A stretch of DNA of 64,000 bases from Candidatus Hydrogenedentota bacterium (GTDB lineage: Bacteria > Hydrogenedentota > Hydrogenedentia > Hydrogenedentales > JAEUWI01), in the NCBI GenBank assembly GCA_034669905.1, contig JAXMOL010000011.1, forward strand, positions 64,001 through 128,000. The letters run 5' to 3'. Of the stretch, positions 1 through 9,336 are shown piece after piece. The stretch's first letter is position 1. Each line of letters starts with the position of its first letter. The translations under genes were made by a program, and so were the position numbers. Under the pieces are notes generated by a model. That model did not search any database and had not been told where the DNA came from. It worked only from the letters and a program-made list of their open reading frames with translations.

Positions 1-2
1 GC

Positions 3-176
3 CGGGAACTCCGCGTCTACCCCCTCGTCACGCTGGAGGGTGAACCCTCCCCCCACCTGGAGCCAGCACGGCGGGCCCTGGCAATCGACGGATTCGAGAG
101 CGAGCTGTGTCCGGTGACCTATCGCTTCCAACGGGGCGCTACCCATATGTTACGTGTTGTCCCGGCCCATCCATGA
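3..176 (+). CDS. C-terminal fragment of a probable SAM-dependent methyltransferase (5'-truncated by window)
   Basis: Manual translation of frame 3: RELRVYPLVTLEGEPSPHLEPARRAL...VTYRFQRGATHMLRV*, resembling the ExRxxPL...SPHL...YxFQRG..ML tail of an uncharacterised methyltransferase family; TGA at 174-176. Confidence 0.6.
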   Translation, partial: RELRVYPLVTLEGEPSPHLEPARRALAIDGFESELCPVTYRFQRGATHMLRVVPAHP

Positions 177-246
177 CGTGCGTTGACCCCGACCTGCGCC
201 TCGGTTATATTCGGAACCAGCAGTTCACACCACGGAGAGCATCATC

Positions 247-945
247 ATGAAACAGGTTGTTCGCGTCGTCTTCACGTTGGGTGGGCTCCTCGCCCTTGCG
301 GGGGTAGCGTATTGGTTCAGCCGACCGGCACTACCCGTCCCCGTGGGCGCTCCGACCCCCGCCCCGACGGGAGCCGGATGGATCAATCTGCTGGATGAAG
401 CCCATCGCGGCGCCTGGCGCAATATCACGGACGATCGGGAGATCTTCGCACTGGAAGACGACCAACTCCACATCTTTGGCCACACCGTGTACCCCCTCCG
501 CTATGTGGGCTATGAAACGGAGCGCTTCGGCGACTTTGAGCTGCATGTAGAGTTTAAGGTCGCCCCCGGTGCCAACAGCGGTATCTTTCTGCGGGCCCAG
601 GCCAATGATCCGGTTTACCGCGGCTTTGAAGTACAGGTCCTGGATGACCACGGTAAGGCACCCAACAAGAATGGCTCGGGGGCCATCTACGATGTGGTCT
701 CCCCCATGTACAATATGGCCCTGCCCGCCGGGGAATGGAACAGCTATGACATCACCGTGGTGGGCGGAGAAGTCATCGTTTTCATGAACGGCTGGCGTGT
801 CGTCCATGCCAACCTCGACCAAATGACCATGCCCATCGGCAAATACAAGGCCCCCTTTGCAGAACTTCCCCGCGATGGGCTCCTGCTTTTTCAGGACCAC
901 GGCGGGGAAGTCTGGTATCGCAATGTGTGGCTTAAGAAACCCTGA
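247..945 (+). CDS. DUF1080 (3-keto-disaccharide hydrolase-like) protein with N-terminal anchor/signal
   Basis: Motifs FGDFELHVEFK, ANSGIFLR, GFEVQVLD, GEWNSYDI, QDHGGEVWYRNVWLK; GGAG RBS upstream. Confidence 0.9.
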   Translation: MKQVVRVVFTLGGLLALAGVAYWFSRPALPVPVGAPTPAPTGAGWINLLDEAHRGAWRNITDDREIFALEDDQLHIFGHTVYPLRYVGYETERFGDFELHVEFKVAPGANSGIFLRAQANDPVYRGFEVQVLDDHGKAPNKNGSGAIYDVVSPMYNMALPAGEWNSYDITVVGGEVIVFMNGWRVVHANLDQMTMPIGKYKAPFAELPRDGLLLFQDHGGEVWYRNVWLKKP

Positions 946-1109
946 ACAGGCGAAGATTCATCTCGGACATTTTCCAAGTCATTCGGTTGCCATCTTAACG
1001 ATTTGGGGCTTGGGAGTGCAGGCGCTTGCGTACGCCGTCGTAACGAATGAAATGGAATTGAGTGAGGTCTACCTCCGCTCATGTAGCCCGGTTGGGCAGA
1101 GCGGCCTGC

Positions 1110-1883
1110 TCAGCCTTCCTGCAGCTTCCGCTCGAGCAACTGATTGAGTTCCTTGCTGAGGGCCGCAATCCGGGCATCCAGCGATTCATTGTCCACGTCT
1201 TTCTTTTTTTCGCTTTCGTGCACTTCCTGGTAGTTATTGAGGACGGCCCCCACCACCAGGTTGATAAGCAGGAAGGTACCGATCATGATCCAGGACACAT
1301 GGTAGGTGGTCACCACCCAGTAGTTCCGATGGGGCAGGCCGTCGTAGCGCAGGTCGGTCCAGTCTTCGCAGGTGAGCGAGCGAAAGAGGGAAAAGAAGGC
1401 TTCGTGGAGCGTGCCATATTCGCTGGGCTGCCCTTCCCCGAAGAGTTCCACGCCCATGACGGCGTAGATATAGAAGCAGATGGTCATGAGCAAGGCGATG
1501 TAGACCATGGAAGACAGGGACTTGATGAGGACGGAGACGATCAGCCGAAGCTCATCGAGGCCATCCACCAGGCGCAGCACCCGGAATACCCGGAGCACCC
1601 GTAGCAGGGTTGCGATGGTGGAGATGTTGGGCACGAATGCCGAACCGACGACGATGATATCGAAGATGTTCCAGCCATTGCTGAAAAAGGTCTTCAGGTT
1701 TTCGCGGGCGTAGAACTTGAGCGCCAACTCGACGACGAAGACCCAGATACAGACCCACTCCAGCAAACGGATAACGGGCGATTCCACGTAGGTCGACAAT
1801 CCAATCAGGAAGGCATTGAATATGATTACGCCGAGAATGATACGACCGAAAAGGGTGCTGTTAATAAACTTCTTGGGATGCAT
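1110..1883 (-). CDS. Voltage-gated cation channel, BacNav/Ion_trans family (6TM)
   Basis: S2 VFVVELALK, S3 NGWNIFDIIVV, S4 LLRVLRVFRVLRLV, pore FSLFRSLTCEDWTD, S6 FLLINLVVGAVLNN, C-terminal coiled coil; start moved to MHPKK (CAGGAG RBS). Confidence 0.95.
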   Translation of the reverse strand: MHPKKFINSTLFGRIILGVIIFNAFLIGLSTYVESPVIRLLEWVCIWVFVVELALKFYARENLKTFFSNGWNIFDIIVVGSAFVPNISTIATLLRVLRVFRVLRLVDGLDELRLIVSVLIKSLSSMVYIALLMTICFYIYAVMGVELFGEGQPSEYGTLHEAFFSLFRSLTCEDWTDLRYDGLPHRNYWVVTTYHVSWIMIGTFLLINLVVGAVLNNYQEVHESEKKKDVDNESLDARIAALSKELNQLLERKLQEG

Positions 1884-1952
1884 GGGGGCAACTACTCCTG
1901 ATTGCTGGAATCCGAAGGCGGGCATTCGCCGACATCCAGCGCGCTGTGGGCA

Positions 1953-4109
1953 TTAAAACACCGAGGTATAGGTAATGTATCCAAAAATGGCGAATGCCAG
2001 CGGGACGAGGGTCACCGCCGACACAAAGTCAAGTTTCAGGGCCATGGCGTCACGTTTCCGAATAACGAGCCAGTTGGCCACAATACTCTCCAGAATAAGC
2101 GTAAAGGTCAGAATATAGGCGCTCATGAAGTACTTGTCTGCGGACACCAGGTAGCCCACGTTGGGCCAGGCCTCCTCCTGGGAAAGGTGGAACACGAGGA
2201 TACTCAGGAGTGCGGTCATCACGAGGGATACCCGGGCGTCGAACTGGCTATTGGGAATCAGGAACATCAGCAGGCTGACCGAAACCATGATGAAGAAGGG
2301 CAGAAACAAGGTTACCAGATAGGGGAAAAGAATCCGCTTGATGATAATGTTGGTCTGGTAGATGGAGAACTCCACGTCACTGTCGCCACCGGTGTAGTTG
2401 GGGTCACCGAAGGTGGAGCTGAGCGCATGGGTTCCGGAATAGTCTTCCCGCCCGACATAGTCCCACTCTTCGGGATAGATCTCGTGGAGGTAGGCGTGGC
2501 TCAAATTCTTGGCGTCGAGCACCAGCATGATCTGGCTGGCATCTTTGCTCTTGTGTGATACCGTGATCGGCAGGTGCTGGGTATCAAAGGGAAATAACCG
2601 AACGTCATAGGGCGTCAGGTAGGTACCTTTAATCTTGTAACAGATGTACTTGATGTCACCGCTTCGGTCTTCCCGAAGCACTTCGGTTTTGTCCTCGATG
2701 CCATATATTCCGTTGAGGAAATCGATGTTTTCCACATCAATATCCCCTTCCCAGCGGAACCACATGAAGAATTCCACGTCGAAATTCTGTCCGGCCACAT
2801 CCACGCTATTGATACGGTAAAAATCGAGGCCGGCATAAACCACACGGGTCAGGTAATAAGGTATCTTGTCGCTCACCACGACTTCGTTTTCGGCAATGCG
2901 GGATTGAAGGTTGTTGAGGACATGGGGCTCGGTAACGCGGCGCAGCTGGGTAAAGGCCGGTTTGAACTGTCCATCGTCGATATAACTCACCACAATGGGC
3001 CGCCGCATCGCCCCGTGCTCGTCAAAGTAGAGTTTCCCCGTAATGCCCGTGAAAGCGTTTGCCGGTCCGTCGTAGGCCAGCAGCCCATTGCGGAGCGCGG
3101 TGCGGTCGGCTCCACTGGCCTCAATGGCCGCGGCGATCATGCGCCCGGCATCGTAGCAGAAGGCCCCCCATACCGTGGGAGCCACCTGGTATTTCTCAAA
3201 GTATTTCGCTTCATACTCCTGGGCGAACTGCTTGGTCATGAGCGAAGAAAGCTCATAGAGGAATGGACTGGACACATAGACCCCGGCCGTATCTTCGCCC
3301 AGGCTGGTGATAAAGTCCTGTTTCGCAAAGGAATCGGGCCCCATGACGGGCATGGTCACGTCGGCCTCACGCAACTGACGGACGAGTTTTCCACCGTCGG
3401 CGGTATGGGAGAAGAGCACCGCGGCATCGGCCGTGCCCCCCTGCGCGGCATCGAGCTGGGTGGCAACGAAGTCGGCTCCGAACTTGTTCTCTTCGCTATA
3501 GGGGATGGTCTGGACAATTTCCATACCCAAGCGACGGGCCTTGCGGCTGAAGCTTTCCAGCAGGCCCGTGCCATAGGCATCGTCAGAATGAATGACCAGG
3601 ACCCGTTTGGTCTTGAGCACGACCTGCAGATAGACCGCGAGGTTCTCCCCTTGAAGATCGTCCTCATAGTTCATACTGAAGGACCATTCGCTGCTCCGGG
3701 TCACCTTGGGATTACTGGCCGAAGGCGAAATGTGGGGCAATTGGTACTGGGCGTAGACTTCACTGGCGGCCAGGGCCACGCCGGAAAACTGGTGCCCGAT
3801 GACTGCGAGTATATTCGGATCTTTGCCGAATTGTCCGGCGATATTCCGCGCCATGTCGGCGTTATTTTGATCGTCCTTAAACACGATTTGGAGGGGACGT
3901 CCCGCGATACCGCCATTCTGGTTGGTGACTTCGACCAGCAATTCGAGGGCGCCACGCATGGCCCGACCCTCACTGGCGTTGCCGCCGGAAAGGGGCAGGG
4001 AGGCACCGAGCAAGACGGGTTCATTGGCCGCAGCAGCCAGTGTGAAGACAATCAGAAGTGCCAGTTGAAACATCGTGCGGCAGATTGGGTGCATCATAGG
4101 GTGGAGCAC
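1953..4109 (-). CDS. Pentameric ligand-gated ion channel (Pro-loop) fused to an N-terminal type I (LivJ-like) periplasmic binding domain
   Basis: Signal peptide, then LGASLPLSG...NQNGGIAGRPLQIVFKDD (Peripla_BP_6-like); ECD VYAGLDFYRINSVD..FDVEFFMWFRW; Pro-loop YDVRLFPFDTQ; four TM helices with M1 proline, M2 DARVSLVMTALLSILVFH and M2-M3 loop WPNVGYLV. Confidence 0.92.
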   Translation of the reverse strand: MLHPMMHPICRTMFQLALLIVFTLAAAANEPVLLGASLPLSGGNASEGRAMRGALELLVEVTNQNGGIAGRPLQIVFKDDQNNADMARNIAGQFGKDPNILAVIGHQFSGVALAASEVYAQYQLPHISPSASNPKVTRSSEWSFSMNYEDDLQGENLAVYLQVVLKTKRVLVIHSDDAYGTGLLESFSRKARRLGMEIVQTIPYSEENKFGADFVATQLDAAQGGTADAAVLFSHTADGGKLVRQLREADVTMPVMGPDSFAKQDFITSLGEDTAGVYVSSPFLYELSSLMTKQFAQEYEAKYFEKYQVAPTVWGAFCYDAGRMIAAAIEASGADRTALRNGLLAYDGPANAFTGITGKLYFDEHGAMRRPIVVSYIDDGQFKPAFTQLRRVTEPHVLNNLQSRIAENEVVVSDKIPYYLTRVVYAGLDFYRINSVDVAGQNFDVEFFMWFRWEGDIDVENIDFLNGIYGIEDKTEVLREDRSGDIKYICYKIKGTYLTPYDVRLFPFDTQHLPITVSHKSKDASQIMLVLDAKNLSHAYLHEIYPEEWDYVGREDYSGTHALSSTFGDPNYTGGDSDVEFSIYQTNIIIKRILFPYLVTLFLPFFIMVSVSLLMFLIPNSQFDARVSLVMTALLSILVFHLSQEEAWPNVGYLVSADKYFMSAYILTFTLILESIVANWLVIRKRDAMALKLDFVSAVTLVPLAFAIFGYITYTSVF

Positions 4110-4233
4110 GGCAAATTCCCTCGTTGGTCAACTACGCTGAGGCCCGGATAGTCGTTGGTACCGTGTACTGCGCATGGCACCAATCGCTCGCACGCCAGCG
4201 ATTTTTGGGCCGTCTTCCCGACGTCGATGCGGT

Positions 4234-4242
4234 AGTGTAGCA
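4234..4242 (-). promoter_or_regulatory. Candidate extended -10 promoter for the channel operon
   Basis: Minus strand reads TG-C-TACACT about 125 bp upstream of the pLGIC start; no good -35. Confidence 0.35.
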
Positions 4243-4273
4243 AATGGCTTGTGAGTACCGGAAACGTTCCGCG

Positions 4274-4302
4274 TTGCCAATCTCCGGTGACGGTCGTATA
4301 AT
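4274..4302 (+). promoter_or_regulatory. Sigma70-type promoter for the MaoC-yajQ operon
   Basis: TTGCCA-17 bp-TATAAT. Confidence 0.7.
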
Positions 4303-4366
4303 GGAGCCCACGTGAGATTTCGACCATCCCTGGTCGCCTGTTCATACAACTACCCAGCGAGTTTTT

Positions 4367-5284
4367 ATGGCATCACCAGATACGATCGACCTGAATTACA
4401 CGGAGCCCCCAGGCTTTCTACCCATCTATCGGCGGCTCCTCTTCGGGAGACGGGCCAGGTATGTGGCCAACAGTGCTTTACCCCACTTTCGGGCCACCTG
4501 GTCAGGCGCGAAGGCCGATGCGGCCAAGGTGGAAGCCTATTGTGCCGCCTGTTCGCTGGAATACGATGGGCACTACCCCATTTTGTATCCCCACATCCTC
4601 ACGTCGGCCATCCATCTCGACATGATGAGCAAGCCGGCCTTTCCCCTCTCCCCCATGGGCGCGGTGCATGCGCGGAATCACATCCTCCAGCATGCCCCCA
4701 TCCCGGTGGATGGGGCCCTGGAAGTGACCTGTGAGCTGACAGCCACCCGGGTCTTGAAGCAGGGCGTGGAATTTGAAGTGACCACCGTGCTGGAAACAGG
4801 AGGCACCCGTTGCTGGGAAAGCATCAGTGCCTACCTCGTGCGCGGAAAGAAATATGGCGAAGCCGGTGAAGCCTCGGAGCGTGCCGAGTTGCCCGAGGTG
4901 GGCGATAGTGCAAAAACCGATAGCTGGCCGGTGCCCAAAGACATGGGTTGGCGCTACGCGAAGATAACGGGGGATTTTAACCCCATTCACGTATCCCGGC
5001 TGCTGGCCCGCTTGATGGGCTTTCAGCGGGACCTGATTCATGGCATGTGGTCGGCCGCCCGTTGTGTGGGCCATGCGCCCGCCGTCGCACCCGCCTACCC
5101 GGTGCAATTGGATCTGGTCTTTAAGGGCCCCGTATATATGGAGAGCACGGCCACGATGAAGGCCACCGGCCAGGATGATGGCACGCTCTTTGAACTTTAC
5201 TGTGATGACAATCCCCGCCCGTGTATTCGCGGGCAGATAAAGCCCATTGCTGCAACGACCCGACTGGTCGCTGACAGCGCGTAA
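4367..5284 (+). CDS. MaoC-like double hot-dog acyl dehydratase
   Basis: Hydratase motif YAKITGDFNPIHVS...IHGMW; N-terminal hot-dog FPLSPMGAVH. Confidence 0.85.
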   Translation: MASPDTIDLNYTEPPGFLPIYRRLLFGRRARYVANSALPHFRATWSGAKADAAKVEAYCAACSLEYDGHYPILYPHILTSAIHLDMMSKPAFPLSPMGAVHARNHILQHAPIPVDGALEVTCELTATRVLKQGVEFEVTTVLETGGTRCWESISAYLVRGKKYGEAGEASERAELPEVGDSAKTDSWPVPKDMGWRYAKITGDFNPIHVSRLLARLMGFQRDLIHGMWSAARCVGHAPAVAPAYPVQLDLVFKGPVYMESTATMKATGQDDGTLFELYCDDNPRPCIRGQIKPIAATTRLVADSA

Positions 5285-5298
5285 GAAAGGAATACCGA

Positions 5299-5790
5299 AT
5301 GCCCTCCTTTGACGTGGTCAATGAAGTGGACTTGCAGGAAGTCGACAACGCCGTAAACATCACCAAGAAAGTGCTGGCCAACCGCTATGACTTTCGGGGA
5401 TCGGAAACGGAGATTAACCTGGACCGGAAACAGCTCCAGATCACCATCTCCACCGAAGATACCATGCGTATGCAGGCGGTGCAGGACACGCTGGCGACCA
5501 ATCTCATCAAGCGGAAGCTGAGCCCCAAGGCCCTGGAGTATAAGGAGCCCGAAGGCACCTCCAAGGGCGGCGTGCGGGTGGTCGTCGCCCTGAAGCAGGG
5601 TATCGACAAGGAAATGGCCAAGAAGATCACCAAACTCATCAAGGACCAGAAGATGAAGGTCCAGACCCAGATCCAGGATGAGCAGGTGCGTGTGACGGCC
5701 AAGAAGATCGATGACCTGCAGACCGTAATCGCCCTCTTGAAGGAGCAGGAACTCGACATCCCGCTCCAATATGTCAACATGAAGAGCTAG
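5299..5790 (+). CDS. yajQ: YajQ family nucleotide/c-di-GMP-binding protein
   Basis: MPSFDVVNEVDLQEVDNAV, RYDFRGS, LKQGI, QIQDEQVRVT, PLQYVN. Confidence 0.95.
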   Translation: MPSFDVVNEVDLQEVDNAVNITKKVLANRYDFRGSETEINLDRKQLQITISTEDTMRMQAVQDTLATNLIKRKLSPKALEYKEPEGTSKGGVRVVVALKQGIDKEMAKKITKLIKDQKMKVQTQIQDEQVRVTAKKIDDLQTVIALLKEQELDIPLQYVNMKS

Positions 5791-5795
5791 GAGCC

Positions 5796-6923
5796 ATGAT
5801 GCTACTCCCGACTGTGCGCACTGTGAGTCTGTTGCTCACCCTCTCCGCCGCCACCCTCGTGATGGCTGCGGAAAAGGGGCCCCTCTGGCTTCATCCGGAC
5901 ACCACGCCGTTACCCACCGACAAGCTGGGACCCTTCGTTCGCGCGGCAGACAACGTGCTGATCACGGTGGACAAGGAAGGCGTGCACCGGAGTAGCGACG
6001 AAGGCACGACCTGGCAAAGCGCGCCGCTGGAAGTAGACATCCCCTTTGAGGTGAGCAATGAGCGGGCCCTCATCTACACGTCGGATGGGGTGCTGATACT
6101 GGCGTGTATGAATCTAAAGGAAAAGGTCTGGAAGTGGAACAGCACCCTCCACGATGCAGACCCCGGCACCACCCTGCCCACCTACGCAGTGCGGAGCCTG
6201 GACCAGGGGAAGACCTGGGAGAGCCCCATCAAACTCCATGATGAATGGAGTGGCTGCGTGCGCAACATGATCGAAACGAAGGAGGGCCTCATTGTTTTCA
6301 CGGCCATGCGTCTCCTCACGAAACCAGGCCGGCACTCGGTCTTGACCTATTCTTCGGCCGACGGGGGCGCCAGCTGGAAGCCCAGCAACGTGGTGGATCT
6401 GGGGGGCCAGGGACATCATGGTGGCGCGACGGAAGCGACGGTCATCGAATTGAACGATGGCCGCCTGTGGAAGCTCATCCGCACCAACCTGGGCGTCTTC
6501 TGGCAGGCCTGGTCGGAGGACGGCGTCTACTGGCGCACCCTGGCACCCACTACCATCCCGGCGAGTAGCGCGCCGGGTCAATTGCTGCGCCTGAAGAGCG
6601 GGCGAATGGTCCTGCTCTGGAACCGCCCCTATCCCGAAGGGGAAAACACGTTTCCGCTGAGCGGTGGCGATCGGGAATGGTCGGAGACCCCGGTGAGCAA
6701 CCACCGTTGGGAACTTTCCCTGGCCTTTTCGGAAGACGACGGCCTCACCTGGACCGCGCCCATCGTCATCGCCCGCCAAAGGGAGGTGTGGCTCGCCTAC
6801 CCCTATCTGTTTGAGCAGAAACCCGGCACCCTGTGGCTTACCACCATGCAGGGGCCGGTGCGTGTATCTTTTGAGGAATCCGATTTCTGGAAACTGGCGA
6901 ACGAGACAACGACAGGACATTGA
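5796..6923 (+). CDS. Secreted BNR/Asp-box sialidase-family protein
   Basis: Signal peptide; Asp-boxes SSDEGTTW, SLDQGKTW, SADGGASW, SEDGVYW, SEDDGLTW; AYP motif. Confidence 0.85.
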   Translation: MMLLPTVRTVSLLLTLSAATLVMAAEKGPLWLHPDTTPLPTDKLGPFVRAADNVLITVDKEGVHRSSDEGTTWQSAPLEVDIPFEVSNERALIYTSDGVLILACMNLKEKVWKWNSTLHDADPGTTLPTYAVRSLDQGKTWESPIKLHDEWSGCVRNMIETKEGLIVFTAMRLLTKPGRHSVLTYSSADGGASWKPSNVVDLGGQGHHGGATEATVIELNDGRLWKLIRTNLGVFWQAWSEDGVYWRTLAPTTIPASSAPGQLLRLKSGRMVLLWNRPYPEGENTFPLSGGDREWSETPVSNHRWELSLAFSEDDGLTWTAPIVIARQREVWLAYPYLFEQKPGTLWLTTMQGPVRVSFEESDFWKLANETTTGH

Positions 6924-6926
6924 GCG

Positions 6927-7784
6927 ATGGATTCTGCGAAACGTGATCAGTTGATTCGGGACGGGTACTGTGTGTTCCCGAATATTTTGCCCCCCGCATT
7001 GCTGGCGGACCTACAGCGGGTCACGGGAGAGATTCTGGACGGCCTGCCCACGGAACACGAGCAGGACAACCGGTCAACGGGAAGCATGGTCTCGGTCTAT
7101 GAGCACCCCCTCTTCGCCGATCTCATCGCCCTGCCCGAAGCCCAGGAGGCGTTGCGTTCGCTGGGCTTTTCCAAGGCCGGATTCTCCAGTGGCTACATCA
7201 TCAGCAAGCCACCCAAGAGTCCGCGGCTCTTCTGGCACTATGATTGGGCCGGATGGGATGCTCCAGAATCCTTTACCGAACAAGTCCCCCAAATCTTTTT
7301 CATGTATTACCTGACCCATACGCGGCGGGAGAATGGCTGCCTTCGGGTGGTCCCCGGGTCCCACACGCGGGACAACGACCTCCTCCCCTTGCTCGATGAG
7401 GCCCACACGCCCGAATTGCTCCGGGCAGCCGACCCAAGCCGCCCGGCTTTCAGCGATCGCCCCGATGAGGTGGATGTCCCTATTACGGCGGGTGACCTGC
7501 TGATTGGCGACTCCCGTCTGCTGCACGCCTCCCACGCCAACAACAGCGATGCGCGGCGCACGGTCATCACCCTGTGGTTTCACCCCGACACCCACCTCCT
7601 GGGCGAACGCTTGCAGGCCTTCATCGGCGACATGGTTTCCGACCCGCCCGCCGATTGGCCTGAAGCGACCCGAAACAAGACGGAGGCCATGCTGGCCCGG
7701 TACTCCGGGGATGCCCCGGCATGGCCCTGGAACCGCCACCGGCCTTACCCTTCGCCGGTCGTTGATCTCGTATCGCCCGACTAG
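6927..7784 (+). CDS. Phytanoyl-CoA dioxygenase (PhyH) family Fe(II)/2OG oxygenase
   Basis: RDGYCVF, WHYD, ENGCLRVVPGSH, AGDLLIGDSRLLHAS..N.S...R. Confidence 0.88.
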   Translation: MDSAKRDQLIRDGYCVFPNILPPALLADLQRVTGEILDGLPTEHEQDNRSTGSMVSVYEHPLFADLIALPEAQEALRSLGFSKAGFSSGYIISKPPKSPRLFWHYDWAGWDAPESFTEQVPQIFFMYYLTHTRRENGCLRVVPGSHTRDNDLLPLLDEAHTPELLRAADPSRPAFSDRPDEVDVPITAGDLLIGDSRLLHASHANNSDARRTVITLWFHPDTHLLGERLQAFIGDMVSDPPADWPEATRNKTEAMLARYSGDAPAWPWNRHRPYPSPVVDLVSPD

Positions 7785-7841
7785 AAGACGCGGTCTGTTG
7801 CTGCGGATCTCCATTCTCTATCGTCAAGAAAGCGCAAATTA

Positions 7842-9323
7842 ATGAAGTACCCCTATTCAAACTCCCTATCCACCAGGGCGCTCCTCCCCATGGCGATTGT
7901 TCTCACCGCCATCGTATTTCATCTCGATGTGGCCTCCCTGGAGAAAGCCCAGATCGCGGTCAGTCCAAGCGGGCACTACATCGCATACGGCGATGAAACG
8001 TTGATGCTTATCGGAGACAGTGGCACCCAGGTTGTCATGCAGAACGTAAACATCGACTACCGTCAATGGATAGACGAGTGCGCAGCCCGAGGCATTCGCG
8101 CCGTCCATGTCTGGTCTTTCATGGCGCCCCGCCAAAAGCAGGATGGCAGTCTGGTTGAAGCACGCTTTGGCTATGTATATCCCGGCATCACGCCCTGGAA
8201 ACGGGCCGCCTCGGGGCCCCTTGCCACGGACCAGCTACCCCGCTGGGATCTCACGGCTTTTGACGAAGGTCCAGAGGGCGATGCTACGCACTATTGGCCT
8301 CGTCTGCGTGACCTCTGTGGCTATGCGAAGAAAAAGAATATCATCGTTGGCTATACCGTGTTCACGGGCTGGATGAAGGGCAATGGTGGTGCCTGGCCGT
8401 ATCATCCATTCAATGAAGTGAATGGTGGGCACTTAACGACATTTCCTGATGCGGGTGTCACCATCGAAAGCCCGGGAACGGAAGTCTGGCAGCAGGAATG
8501 GAATGAAGCCTGGCCCGACACCCGAAAGACCCAATGGATTTGGGAGCGGTTCGCCAAGAAGGCGATCGATGACCTCGCATCCCTGGGCAATGTGTTCTTC
8601 GTCTACTATGACGAACATTCCTATACCGAAGGCAATATGGGGGACCATTTCGCCGAGTTCTTTCGAAGTCGCGGGGCCTGGTGGGTCGATTGGAGCGCGC
8701 GCCGCGGACAGGTCGATATGGTGTACGATCAGCATCTGCTGACGAAAGATGGGGATCGTGGGTTAGCAGGCCAGTTTAACAAACACCCCGTCCGTCCCTT
8801 CGTGGGCTTGGAAGAGGGGGGCACTTCTGGTTTCAACTACACCTCCGACCTGCTGCATATCCTATGGCGCTATACCACCGCGGGCGGGCACTTCTTCCAC
8901 CACAACGATGCCGAACAGGAAACAGAGACGACCGGGGTCATGATATACGACCCCCATGTCACCCCCGCAGGCGACGAGGACCAGGTGTTCGAACGGCTCT
9001 CGTGGCTGGGAAATGCCTCCCAGTTTTTTAATACGCACGTAAAAAATCTGGACGCACTGAAACCCAACCACGGGTTTGTGGGGAAAGACTTTTTCTGCCT
9101 GGCGGACCCCGGGAGGGAATATGTAGTCTATGCACCGGAAACCTCACCGGAACAATTCACGTTGGACTTGAGTGATCTACGCGGCCCATTCGCGTATCGA
9201 TTCTACAATCCCTATACGGGCGAATTCCTGGAGGCCGTACGCGAAACAAGCACGCCTATACTCACGCTTGTCAAACCCAACCCGACTGCATGGGTCCTCC
9301 ACCTGTTCAGCCTGGAACATTGA
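7842..9323 (+). CDS. Secreted putative glycoside hydrolase-like (TIM-barrel) protein with C-terminal putative collagen-binding-type domain
   Basis: Signal-like N-terminus; SPSGHYIAY..LMLIGD; YWPRLRDLC; C-terminal CLADPGREYVVY...YRFYNPYTGEF...WVLHL. Confidence 0.55.
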   Translation: MKYPYSNSLSTRALLPMAIVLTAIVFHLDVASLEKAQIAVSPSGHYIAYGDETLMLIGDSGTQVVMQNVNIDYRQWIDECAARGIRAVHVWSFMAPRQKQDGSLVEARFGYVYPGITPWKRAASGPLATDQLPRWDLTAFDEGPEGDATHYWPRLRDLCGYAKKKNIIVGYTVFTGWMKGNGGAWPYHPFNEVNGGHLTTFPDAGVTIESPGTEVWQQEWNEAWPDTRKTQWIWERFAKKAIDDLASLGNVFFVYYDEHSYTEGNMGDHFAEFFRSRGAWWVDWSARRGQVDMVYDQHLLTKDGDRGLAGQFNKHPVRPFVGLEEGGTSGFNYTSDLLHILWRYTTAGGHFFHHNDAEQETETTGVMIYDPHVTPAGDEDQVFERLSWLGNASQFFNTHVKNLDALKPNHGFVGKDFFCLADPGREYVVYAPETSPEQFTLDLSDLRGPFAYRFYNPYTGEFLEAVRETSTPILTLVKPNPTAWVLHLFSLEH

Positions 9324-9336
9324 AATTGGACCTGAT

